UHGV virus genome: UHGV-0349822
Origin: a virus
Length of the DNA: 37,380 nt
Direction: 5' to 3' (one strand)
Positions 1 to 7,723 of the stretch are shown one piece after another. Under the pieces are notes generated by a model. That model saw only the letters and a list, made by a program, of their open reading frames with translations. It was not told where the DNA came from and searched no databases. Both the position numbers and the translations under genes were made by a program. Each line of letters opens with the position of its first letter. Positions within the stretch are counted from its first letter, which is position 1.

Positions 1-185
1 TGCCAGCATCCTTTTTGTATCGGACGTAAACGGGCCAGCATTGAAAGAATGCATATTTTATTTAATAGCTCCCGTTCGTGTTTTCTCTTGTTAATGGCAT
101 CTTCAGTAAATACAGGGTTACTGATAGTGACACCAATTTCAAAACAACCTTCAGACGTATTAACGTTTGGTAATAACGTTTCCAT
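1..185 (-). CDS. hypothetical early-left protein, N-terminal part only (gene runs off the window start)
   Basis: Reverse-strand ATG at 185-183 preceded by GAGGA Shine-Dalgarno; frame stays open to position 1 (METLLPNVNTSEGCFEIGVTISNPVF...). Absent from the ORF track because there is no stop in the window. Confidence 0.4.
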   Translation of the reverse strand, partial: METLLPNVNTSEGCFEIGVTISNPVFTEDAINKRKHERELLNKICILSMLARLRPIQKGCW

Positions 186-717
186 TATCGCGTCCTCAAC
201 AATGAATTTTGTGATGCGGTGCCTGGTGCCTCCAGGTGACGTTAACCAGTTAACAATTAACGCCGGATACAGAGAATCCACCCATAACACTGTTTTTGGT
301 TTTAACTGTTCCGCGTGCGCTCAGCCGCATTCACCACATCACAAAATTCACTTTAAAAAGGGCGGCAGAGCAGTCACGGAGTAAAACTGATACCGCCAAA
401 CGTCACCAGAAAATTGATAACAGAGGGCGTTGCAGCGGGGTTGTCACTTAAGCGTATGGTCAACCTGACAACCCGGTGTCCTCAATGGGGGAAGGAATAA
501 CCCCGCCATACTTACCGCCGCGCCATTTCGCGGATTGCCACAACCGGAAGCGCACGGTCGACGAAAATTTAACGACAGGCTATCTATGAACCAGCTACCT
601 CGCTGTGCGCTTTCGCGTTATGGTCTGACTTTTCAGGGAAATATCCTTTCAGTAAACTGTCAGTGCCGGATGCTCACCCGTGTCCGGCGCACGCACTCCA
701 CCTCACCTGTGAATAAA

Positions 718-1104
718 TTAATGATTAATTGATATTTTGTTGTTTGATTCAACTTTCCCATCGGATGTGTGATGCTTTAAATCACAGGAATTAATACTGC
801 TTGCTGTAAAATGATTTTCAAGGGGAGCTATTCGAATCCCTTTCTTTTTCATTAACAAGCCAAATCCTTTATTAATGATGTCCATTAATTCCAGAAAGTA
901 TTTTTCATGTAAATCCTGGTTATCAGAGAGCTGCTTCTCTTCGTACAGCCCGATAAAGGCTCGGCGTACGTTACCGGATATATTGTCGATGGTTTCTTTT
1001 TCTACGGTACTCAGGTCAAGAGTCGCCAGTTGAGAGCGAACCACATTCGATGCCATTTCCTGGAATGGTACTGGTAAATCTTTAAATTCCATCGTCAACC
1101 TCAT
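718..1104 (-). CDS. hypothetical protein (128 aa), second gene of leftward early operon
   Basis: ORF in track; start overlaps the stop of the upstream gene (TGATG), indicating translational coupling. AT-rich, N/K/I-rich composition. Confidence 0.5.
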   Translation of the reverse strand: MRLTMEFKDLPVPFQEMASNVVRSQLATLDLSTVEKETIDNISGNVRRAFIGLYEEKQLSDNQDLHEKYFLELMDIINKGFGLLMKKKGIRIAPLENHFTASSINSCDLKHHTSDGKVESNNKISINH

Positions 1105-1349
1105 CAGTCAGTGTTTCTGGTTAACCAGCGACGCGCGCCAGCTTCAGTTTTAAACGTTTTGCTTCTGGTATACGTCATCGCGGTAAACGTACCGTCCTGG
1201 TTGGGGAACACGCCACATACCAGAGATTCGCTGTTGCCAAGATCGATAGTATCCATGCTGACCTCATTTCCCCTTAACGCCGGGGTAGCGGAACAAAAAC
1301 CTGCTGCATAGTTATTAAAGTTGAACCCTGCCGTCATGTTCTTACGCAT
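1104..1349 (-). CDS. hypothetical protein (81 aa), first gene of leftward early operon (sits at the N position but has no arginine-rich motif)
   Basis: ORF in track, immediately downstream of the left operator cluster and transcribed away from the repressor gene. Confidence 0.5.
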   Translation of the reverse strand: MRKNMTAGFNFNNYAAGFCSATPALRGNEVSMDTIDLGNSESLVCGVFPNQDGTFTAMTYTRSKTFKTEAGARRWLTRNTD

Positions 1350-1441
1350 CGGGCTGGCTACTTAACCCCTGACCACTGCCTGGTAACTCGAGGTATTGCC
1401 CTGTATTGTGTGGGACGGGATGGGTTGGTATGGGAAAACTA

Positions 1442-1480
1442 TAGGAAATGCCTAATTACTTGTCAATAGGCTATGCCTAA
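1442..1480. promoter_or_regulatory. left operator cluster (OL-like) with repressor-binding palindromes
   Basis: ATAGGCTATGCCTAA at 1466-1480 is the exact reverse complement of TTAGGCATAGCCTAT at 2105-2119 on the other side of the repressor gene; a TTAGGC/GCCTAA half-site family. Confidence 0.45.
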
Positions 1481-1574
1481 TAATTTGGGCGCGACCTAAT
1501 AGGTGATGGTTTGTGGGAGAGGTAGTAGGAGTTAACTAACGGGAACTAGGAATTTCCCGTCGGACCATATAAGT

Positions 1575-2051
1575 TTAAGTTCCTGTCTTGGTGATGTTCT
1601 GGCTTTTCCGTTTTGATTCTTGATTTTTCAGATAGTTAGCTACCTTCATTTCCATTGCGGCAATGTAGGCGCGAACGTCATGATCAACCCAACTAGGCTC
1701 CGTAGCATTTCCAGATAAGAGGAAAGCCACAATTGCTCTTTTTTCATCAGAGGCGGCTTGATAAAGGCTGTTTATGTCTAAAAGTTCACTTTTTGTATCT
1801 GAAGTGGATGGGGTTGGTATGGGGTATTCGTTAAGCCCCCAATGCTCTGGACCAACCACATCAGAAAAGAAACGCCATAGTTCTGGAAGTTTGTCTTTAC
1901 TTATCGAACCTTTCTTAATCCAGTCATGGATTGATGGTGGTTGGACTTTGAAATGACGTGCGATTTCCGCCTTTGATTTGACGGCTCCTGATGCAATTTT
2001 TTTGTTAATGGCCTGCTCAATCGCTCGGCCTAAGTCTTTACCACTAAGCAT
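1575..2051 (-). CDS. prophage repressor, helix-turn-helix (cI-like; RacR-like by size and context)
   Basis: 158 aa; N-terminal HTH-like segment (SKAEIARHFKVQPPSIHDWIKKG); divergent from a Cro-like gene and flanked by operator palindromes. Confidence 0.75.
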   Translation of the reverse strand: MLSGKDLGRAIEQAINKKIASGAVKSKAEIARHFKVQPPSIHDWIKKGSISKDKLPELWRFFSDVVGPEHWGLNEYPIPTPSTSDTKSELLDINSLYQAASDEKRAIVAFLLSGNATEPSWVDHDVRAYIAAMEMKVANYLKNQESKRKSQNITKTGT

Positions 2052-2077
2052 TGCTTAATAGTCTCCTATGCGCATCG

Positions 2078-2150
2078 CGTTAGGCAATCCCTACTCTCGA
2101 TGTATTAGGCATAGCCTATTGACAATTGCATTAGGCTAAGCCTAATATTG
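2078..2150. promoter_or_regulatory. right operator/promoter region (OR-like) between divergent repressor and cro-like genes
   Basis: Palindromes TTAGGCATAGCCTAT (2105-2119) and TTAGGCTAAGCCTAA (2131-2145) containing TTGACA-like hexamers; divergent gene arrangement. Confidence 0.5.
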
Positions 2151-2175
2151 TTGCGTGTTTTTTGGAATTCATTCG

Positions 2176-2499
2176 ATGAAAAAAGATAACTATTCATTCA
2201 AACGAGCTTGTGCTGTTGTCGGTGGGCAATCAGCAATGGCTAGGCTTTTAGGTGTATCTCCTCCAAGCGTAAATCAATGGATCAAAGGTGTACGTCAGTT
2301 GCCTGCTGAGAGATGTCCTGCGATTGAACGAGCAACAAAAGGTGGTGTCCTGTGTGAAGAACTTCGTCCTGATGTTGATTGGACATACTTACGACGCTCG
2401 TCATGTTATTCGCAGAATATGTCGATGAAGCAACCAAATGACGAAAACGATCATACCCGAAGCATCAAGAGGCAAATGATTCATGAAAATCAAACATGA
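2176..2499 (+). CDS. Cro/YdaS-like HTH regulator
   Basis: ORF in track (start taken at ATG 2176); HTH segment QSAMARLLGVSPPSVNQWIKG; first rightward gene from OR. Confidence 0.6.
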   Translation: MKKDNYSFKRACAVVGGQSAMARLLGVSPPSVNQWIKGVRQLPAERCPAIERATKGGVLCEELRPDVDWTYLRRSSCYSQNMSMKQPNDENDHTRSIKRQMIHENQT

Positions 2500-2908
2500 G
2501 CACATCCGCATGGCGATGAATGCTTGGGCATACCCTGATGGTGAGAAAGTTCCTGCAGCTGAAATAGCCCGGACTTATTTCGAACTGGGGATGACGTTCC
2601 CTGAACTGTACGACGACAGCCATCCGGAAGCCCTGGCCCGTAATACACAGAAAATTTTCCGTTGGCTGGATAAAGACACCCCTGATGCTGTTGAAAAAAT
2701 TCAGGCTCTGTTACCGGCGATCGAAAAGGCAATGCCGCCTCTGCTGGTGGCCCGTATGCGCAGTCACAGCTCTGAGTATTACCGGGAGATTGTCGAACGG
2801 CGGGATCGGCTGGTGAAGGATGTCGACGATTTTGTTGCGTCAGCGGTTGTTTTGTATGACCAGATGAATCGCGGCGGCCCGGCAGGGAATGCTGTGGTGA
2901 TGCACTAA
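2483..2908 (+). CDS. YdaT/CII-like regulatory protein
   Basis: 141 aa starting MKIKHEHI..., as remembered for the Rac prophage YdaT family; overlaps the upstream gene stop. Confidence 0.55.
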   Translation: MKIKHEHIRMAMNAWAYPDGEKVPAAEIARTYFELGMTFPELYDDSHPEALARNTQKIFRWLDKDTPDAVEKIQALLPAIEKAMPPLLVARMRSHSSEYYREIVERRDRLVKDVDDFVASAVVLYDQMNRGGPAGNAVVMH

Positions 2909-2930
2909 AAGCACGGTGTTCGGGGGTTTT

Positions 2931-3893
2931 ATGAGCAGCAAGCTTCATGGTCTTGTCTGGGAAGGGTGCGCCTTCACCGGCATGATCTTATCCAGGGTGG
3001 CGGTTATGGCCCGTCTTGCAGACTACAGCAATGACGAGGGCGTGTCATGGCCTGCCATTGAAACTATCCGGCGTCAGATCGGTGCAAGAAGTGAATCCAC
3101 AGTGAAATCGGCTATTGCAGAACTGGCGAAAGAGGGCTGGCTGACGAAGGAAGAGCGTAAGGTCGGTGGGCGTAATGTAAGCAATATCTATCGACTTAAT
3201 GTGGAAAAACTCGAAGCAGCTGCGGCGGCGGCGCGTGAGTCATATAAACCGAAAAGAAAAATTAGCCCGGCAAAAAATGACCCGTTAACAGTTGACCCGT
3301 CAAATATTGACCCCTCAACGGTTGACCCGTCAAATTTTGATGGATCAACTGTTGATAAAAAACTGCCGATTAGGGGGGCGATGATTGACCCCGATCCGTC
3401 AGTATTAAAACCTGATCCGTCAGATAAAAGATCTTCTTGTCCGGACGCTTCGCAACCGGACCCGCAGACGGCTGAACAGGATTTTTTAACCCGACACCCT
3501 GACGCGGTTGTGTTCAGTGCGAAAAAACGCCAGTGGGGAAGTCAGGAAGATTTGGTGTGCGCACAGTGGATCTGGGGACGAATCGTGAGTCTTTACGAGC
3601 AGGCGGCCAGCTATGATGGCGAGATCACTAGACCGAAAGAACCCAACTGGACAGCATGGGCCAATGACGTTCGCACAATGCGGATGCTGGATGGCAGAAC
3701 TCACAGACAAATTTGTGAAATGTTTGGGCGTCTCCAGCGGGATTCGTTCTGGGTAAAAAACATCATGAGTCCGGCAAAACTCCGGGAAAAATGGGATGAA
3801 CTGGTTATCCGCCTGGGGCGTTCGCCTGCGCAGCGTTGCGTGAATCACATTTCTGAACCGGACACTGAAATTCCGCCGGGCTTCAGGGGGTAA
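2931..3893 (+). CDS. replication initiator (lambda O-like N-terminal DNA-binding domain; linker encodes origin iterons)
   Basis: ORF in track; start chosen at ATG 2931 after a GGGGG Shine-Dalgarno; 5-aa periodic peptide (DPLTV DPSNI DPSTV DPSNF DGSTV) coincides with a 15-bp DNA repeat array. Confidence 0.7.
   Translation: MSSKLHGLVWEGCAFTGMILSRVAVMARLADYSNDEGVSWPAIETIRRQIGARSESTVKSAIAELAKEGWLTKEERKVGGRNVSNIYRLNVEKLEAAAAAARESYKPKRKISPAKNDPLTVDPSNIDPSTVDPSNFDGSTVDKKLPIRGAMIDPDPSVLKPDPSDKRSSCPDASQPDPQTAEQDFLTRHPDAVVFSAKKRQWGSQEDLVCAQWIWGRIVSLYEQAASYDGEITRPKEPNWTAWANDVRTMRMLDGRTHRQICEMFGRLQRDSFWVKNIMSPAKLREKWDELVIRLGRSPAQRCVNHISEPDTEIPPGFRG
3276..3425. repeat. origin-of-replication iteron array inside the initiator gene
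   Basis: Tandem 15-bp units, with GTTGACCCGTCAAAT exact at 3291-3305 and 3321-3335 plus variants (ATTGACCCCTCAACG, TGATCCGTCAG), followed by an AT-rich stretch at 3421-3437. Confidence 0.6.
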
Positions 3894-3933
3894 GTGTTAA
3901 TTTCTGGTCATGAGGTAATTTTCAGGAGGGCTT

Positions 3934-4356
3934 GTGGCAAAAGTTTTTACACAAGAAGAGCGGGAAAAAATTAAAGGGCAGGTTGTTGAACTCGTACGCC
4001 AGAGTGGGCGCGAGACGTTACGACAACTGGAAACTAAAACTGGGGCAACAAGATATCTGATGAGCGTTCTGGCCAGAGAGCTGGTTGCCAGCGGCGATGT
4101 ATACAACTCCGGCTACGGGTTATTCCCCTCTGAACAGGCGCGTAAGGACTGGCAAAACGCCCGCAAAAAACTCTCGAGGGCAAAGGTGAAGAAACCTGCT
4201 GTGGTTGATCCGGACCTTATCTGGTCATCACCTGACGGAGAAATACGTCGCTACGACAGTCGCCTAAACATAATCTGTCGCGAGTGCCGGAAGAGTGAAG
4301 CTATGCAGCGTGTACTGGCTTTCTATCAGGGTAATTTTCAGGAGGCGGTACTGTGA
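3934..4356 (+). CDS. hypothetical early protein (140 aa)
   Basis: ORF in track, GTG start after AGGAGG; flanked by a 16-bp direct repeat GGTAATTTTCAGGAGG (3914-3929 and 4329-4344). Confidence 0.5.
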   Translation: MAKVFTQEEREKIKGQVVELVRQSGRETLRQLETKTGATRYLMSVLARELVASGDVYNSGYGLFPSEQARKDWQNARKKLSRAKVKKPAVVDPDLIWSSPDGEIRRYDSRLNIICRECRKSEAMQRVLAFYQGNFQEAVL

Positions 4357-4413
4357 GTGAAATTAGCTATCAGGCTTCAATTACCGCTGGCATTCGCATC
4401 AAAGGAGAGGAGC

Positions 4414-4770
4414 ATGGAAATAAAACCAGAGGATGAGTTAAGCAATATCGTTTTATTTCCGGTAAAAGAGGATGACCCTCGTAATCAGGTTAATTTTCTT
4501 TATGAGCCATCGGAAAGACCATATTGTCATCACGCCTCTGTCCGGGTTGACGAAAAAGAGCGTCAGGTCCGCTGTAAAATCTGCGGTGCAGTTGTGGAGC
4601 CATTTGACTGGATGCTCTCTGTGGCGAAAAGAGAAACCAGACTGGCAGATGATGTAAGGCTCTTGCGTCAAGAGGAGCGGGAAAGGCGAAAAAATATAGA
4701 AAAGCTAATTCAGATTGAGCGTAACGCGAAAGCGCGGATACGCAGGGCGACAAAATCCAGAACTGAATAA
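4414..4770 (+). CDS. hypothetical protein with C-x2-H...C-x2-C zinc-ribbon-like motif and basic coiled-coil tail
   Basis: In-frame ATG at 4414 after a GGAGAGGAG Shine-Dalgarno within track ORF 4357-4770; motif PYCHH...CKICG. Confidence 0.5.
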   Translation: MEIKPEDELSNIVLFPVKEDDPRNQVNFLYEPSERPYCHHASVRVDEKERQVRCKICGAVVEPFDWMLSVAKRETRLADDVRLLRQEERERRKNIEKLIQIERNAKARIRRATKSRTE

Positions 4771-4863
4771 TTAAATTTAGCTCTGTTAAAAATTTAATCC
4801 TTAACCGGAGGGATTTCTGCACCCTCAGAACATCAGGAGGCCGCCCGAAAGGGCGGTAGTTAA

Positions 4864-5046
4864 ATGCGAAAGTTTAAAATAATTATTGAAACGGGAATAG
4901 CCGGTGGAGATTTCGAGGATGAATTCGAAGTGGATGATGATGCGACGCCTGATGAAATACATGACGAAGCAAAAGATATTTTCTTTAACTACTGCAATTA
5001 CTCATATCACGAAATAAAAGACGAAGAGGAAGAACAAAATGGCTGA
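4864..5046 (+). CDS. small highly acidic protein (60 aa)
   Basis: ORF in track; D/E-rich (FEDEFEVDDDATPDEIHDE...EIKDEEEEQ); GC-rich GNRA hairpin lies between its Shine-Dalgarno and ATG. Confidence 0.45.
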   Translation: MRKFKIIIETGIAGGDFEDEFEVDDDATPDEIHDEAKDIFFNYCNYSYHEIKDEEEEQNG

Positions 5047-5215
5047 TTTTGGTTCAACTAAATACAACGTCAGTTTTGAAGAATGGCATGAACTGTTAAT
5101 GGACTATGCAGAGTTACGTGGTGGCAGTGCTGCTGATGCTGAAGCATGGCGTGATGATTATGAAGCAGGAAAAACTCCGGTCGAAGCATATTGTGATGAG
5201 TGGGGCGATGAATGA
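5039..5215 (+). CDS. small acidic protein (58 aa)
   Basis: ATG 5039 overlaps the upstream stop; translation MADFGSTKYNVSFEEWHELLMDYAELRGGSAADAEAWRDDYEAGKTPVEAYCDEWGDE; stop TGA at 5213-5215 overlaps the next ATG. Below the ORF-track length cutoff. Confidence 0.4.
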   Translation: MADFGSTKYNVSFEEWHELLMDYAELRGGSAADAEAWRDDYEAGKTPVEAYCDEWGDE

Positions 5216-5479
5216 GCGAGGTTAATTATCAGGAAGGGCATGAAACGGCGGGGCAAGCAAAAACAGTGGCATGGCGATATCGCTACGTGAAAAAAAAGGC
5301 GTTACGGACTTTCAGGGGAAGTAGTGGTCTGGTGACTGGAAATATGTACCGAAAAAAGAGGATTGTAACGACAGGCCGAACTATGAAATTCAGGCCTTAT
5401 TCACTGCCCCGCCAGTCCCGGTTACATCAGAAGAACTGGTTAAAGCTGTGCACTTTTATGAACAACTAAAACGCGAAAA
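5212..5479 (+). pseudogene. early gene of unknown function, interrupted by IS2 (3' remainder at 6816-6867) and also split across two frames
   Basis: Two overlapping frames (5212 frame and the frame of ...SGDWKYVPKKEDCNDRPNYEIQALF...VHFYEQLKREN) run into the IS2 end at 5480. Removing IS2 plus one target-duplication copy restores ...LKRENPPASGNLITDSQIRQ*. Confidence 0.4.
5475..5479. repeat. IS2 target-site duplication (GAAAA), copy 1
   Basis: GAAAA directly abuts the IS2 terminus at 5480; identical pentamer at 6811-6815. Confidence 0.8.
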
Positions 5480-5490
5480 TGGATTTGCCC

Positions 5491-6396
5491 CTATATTTCC
5501 AGACACCTGTTATCACTTAACCCATTACTGGCCTGCTGCCGCAGATATTCCCGTGGCGAGCGATAACCCAGTGCACTATGCGGATGCCATTCGTTATAAT
5601 GCTCGAACGCCTCTGCAAGGTTCTTTGCTGCCGTTAACCCGTCTGGTTTAGGCATGATACTGATGTAGTCACGCTTTATCGTTTTCACGAAGCTCTCTGC
5701 TATGCCGTTACTCTCCGGACTCCGCACCGCCGTGTTCTTCGGTTCAAGCCCCAACATCCGGGCAAACTGCCGTGTTTCATTAGCCCGGTAGCATGAACCA
5801 TTATCCGTCAGCCACTCTACTGGAGACGCCGGAAGCTCGTTGCCGAAGCGGCGTTCCACCGCTCCCAGCATGACGTCCTGTACTGTTTCACTGTCGAAGC
5901 CGCCCGTAGTGACTGCCCAGTGCAGTGCCTCACGGTCACAGCAGTCCAGCGCGAACGTGACTCGCAGTTTTTCTCCGTTATCACAGCGGAACTCGAACCC
6001 GTCAGAGCACCATCGTTGATTGCTTTCTTTCACGGCCACTTTGCCAGTATGTGCCCGTTTCGATGGCGGTACAGCGGTTTTTCGCTCAAGCAACAGCGCA
6101 TTCTGTCGCATGATCCGGTAAACACGTTTGGCATTGATCGCAGGCATACCATCAAGTTCGGCCTGTCTGCGAAGCAGCGCCCATACCCGACGATAACCAT
6201 ACGTGGGCAGCTCTCCGATAACATGGTGTATACGGAGAAGCACATCCGTATCATCTGAGTGACGGCTGCGGCGACCATCTTTCCAGTCATCGGTTCGTCT
6301 GAGAATTACGTGCAACTGCGCACGCGACACCCGGAGACAACGGCTGACTAAGCTTACTCCCCATCCCCGGGCAATAAGGGCGCGTGCGCTATCCAC
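5491..6396 (-). CDS. insD: IS2 transposase OrfB (InsD), DDE domain
   Basis: 301-aa ORF in track; recognised as the IS2 OrfB sequence. Confidence 0.9.
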
Positions 6397-6719
6397 TTTT
6401 TTGCACGCCCGTATTCAACGGCTTCTTTAAGGAGTTCATTTTCCATCGTTTTTTTGCCGAGCAGGCGCTGGAGTTCTTTAATCTGCTTCATGGCAGCAGC
6501 AAGTTCAGAGGCAGGAACGACCTGCTCTCCTGCGGCCACAGCAGTAAGACTTCCCTCCTGGTATTGCTTGCGCCAGAGAAATAACTGGCTGGCTGCCACA
6601 CCGTGTTGCCGGGCAACAAGGGAGACCGTCATTCCCGGTTCAAAACTCTGCTGAACAATAGCGATCTTTTCCTGTGTAGTACGCCGTCTGCGTTTCTCCG
6701 GTCCTAAGACATCAATCAT
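6354..6719 (-). CDS. insC: IS2 OrfA (InsC), HTH DNA-binding transposase component
   Basis: Track ORF 6354-6764 trimmed to the [13 protein letters not shown]... start (121 aa); overlaps insD as in the IS2 OrfA/OrfB frameshift arrangement. Confidence 0.9.
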
Positions 6720-6810
6720 CTGCTCTCCAATGACTAGTCTAAAAACTAGTATTAAGACTATCACTTATTTAAGTGATATTGGTTGTCTGGAGATTCAGGG
6801 GGCCAGTCTA

Positions 6811-6815
6811 GAAAA
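6811..6815. repeat. IS2 target-site duplication (GAAAA), copy 2
   Basis: Identical to 5475-5479, directly abutting the other IS2 end. Confidence 0.8.
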
Positions 6816-7034
6816 TCCACCAGCATCCGGAAACCTGATTACAGATTCCCAGATAAGGCAATGAGCTACCTGGCGCAGAACGGGCTGATAAGTATGGGGA
6901 ATGTTTTACGATGAATATTTAGACTAAAGAGTTTGTAACGCTATGTAAGTGATTTTTTCTGGTTTAGATATTTATATATCCGGCCAAATTGAGGTGTGTT
7001 TAAATGTAATTGCACATTGATTGTAGGAGGAATA

Positions 7035-7214
7035 ATGAAAAACGCATTGCAGTTTTTGTTTGTTGCGTTCTGGTTGTTCGTATCATGTATGCCCATCATC
7101 TTCACAGCAAGGTATATGGAAAAAGTTGATGTTTTGATATTAATATTTGGATATATAAATGCCCTTTTTTTAGGGGTGTTCATGGCGGTCATGTGCATTG
7201 AATACTGGCGGTAA
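7035..7214 (+). CDS. small two-helix hydrophobic membrane protein (about 60 aa)
   Basis: In-frame ATG at 7035 with AGGAGG Shine-Dalgarno (track ORF 6996-7214); MKNALQFLFVAFWLFVSCMPIIF...LILIFGYINALFLGVFMAVMCIEYWR; AT-rich locus. Confidence 0.4.
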   Translation: MKNALQFLFVAFWLFVSCMPIIFTARYMEKVDVLILIFGYINALFLGVFMAVMCIEYWR

Positions 7215-7473
7215 ATACAGCGAACGCCATTGGTTTAGTTGGATATTTACTGTGCCGGACAAAAACGGTTTGCGGGGAAATCTTAGTTAAGTAGAATGAC
7301 TGCGGGTGCTTGAGGCTATCTGTCTCAGGCATGAACACCAAAAGGCAGATAGAGAAAAGCCCCAGTTAACATTACGCGTCCTGCAAGACGCTTAACATTA
7401 ATCTGAGGCCATATCTATGCTCTACACACGTAGGTTAGCCTCTTACGTGCCGAAAGGCAAGGAGAAGCAGGCT

Positions 7474-7629
7474 ATGAAGCAGCAAAAGGCGATGCTAATC
7501 GCCCTGATCGTCATCTGTTTAACCGTCATAGTGACGGCACTGGTAACGAGGAAAGACCTCTGCGAGGTACGAATCCGAACCGGCCAGACGGAGGTCGCTG
7601 TCTTCACAGCTTACGAACCTGAGGAGTAA
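7474..7629 (+). CDS. hok: Hok/Gef-family membrane toxin (51 aa)
   Basis: MKQQKAMLIALIVICLTVIVTALVTRKDLCEVRIRTGQTEVAVFTAYEPEE shows the Hok signature (TM helix, conserved C...EVR...EVA.F.AYE); AAGGAGAAG Shine-Dalgarno; in-frame upstream ATG at 7417. Confidence 0.8.
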   Translation: MKQQKAMLIALIVICLTVIVTALVTRKDLCEVRIRTGQTEVAVFTAYEPEE

Positions 7630-7696
7630 GAGACCAGGCGGGGGAGAATCCCTCGCCACCTCTGATGTGTCAGGCATCCTCAACGCACCCGCACTT

Positions 7697-7723
7697 AACC
7701 CGCTTCGGCGGGTTTTGTTTTTT
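7697..7723 (+). terminator. intrinsic terminator downstream of hok
   Basis: AACCCGC-TTCG-GCGGGTT hairpin followed by TTGTTTTTT. Confidence 0.55.

Larger units (their letters stand above)
5480..6810 (-). mobile_element. IS2 insertion sequence, complete (1331 bp), reverse orientation
   Basis: Ends TGGATTTGCCCCTATATTTCCAGACA (5480...) and ...GGAGATTCAGGGGGCCAGTCTA (...6810) match the remembered IS2 termini; contains insC and insD; 5-bp direct repeats flank it. Confidence 0.9.

Noticed and set aside
49-384. 111-aa plus-strand ORF
   Set aside because: It overlaps a better-supported reverse-strand gene start (ATG at 185 with Shine-Dalgarno), has no ribosome-binding site and an odd composition.
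535-732. 65-aa plus-strand ORF in the leftward operon region
   Set aside because: Runs against the direction of the surrounding early-left genes, with no ribosome-binding site and an Arg-rich low-complexity translation.
5289-5357. Programmed -1 frameshifting at A AAA AAG heptamers as a real expression mechanism for the IS2-disrupted early gene
   Set aside because: The heptamers are in the right frame, but there is no supporting downstream structure and no way to test conservation; a decayed pseudogene is the more economical reading. Kept only as a note in the IS2 finding.
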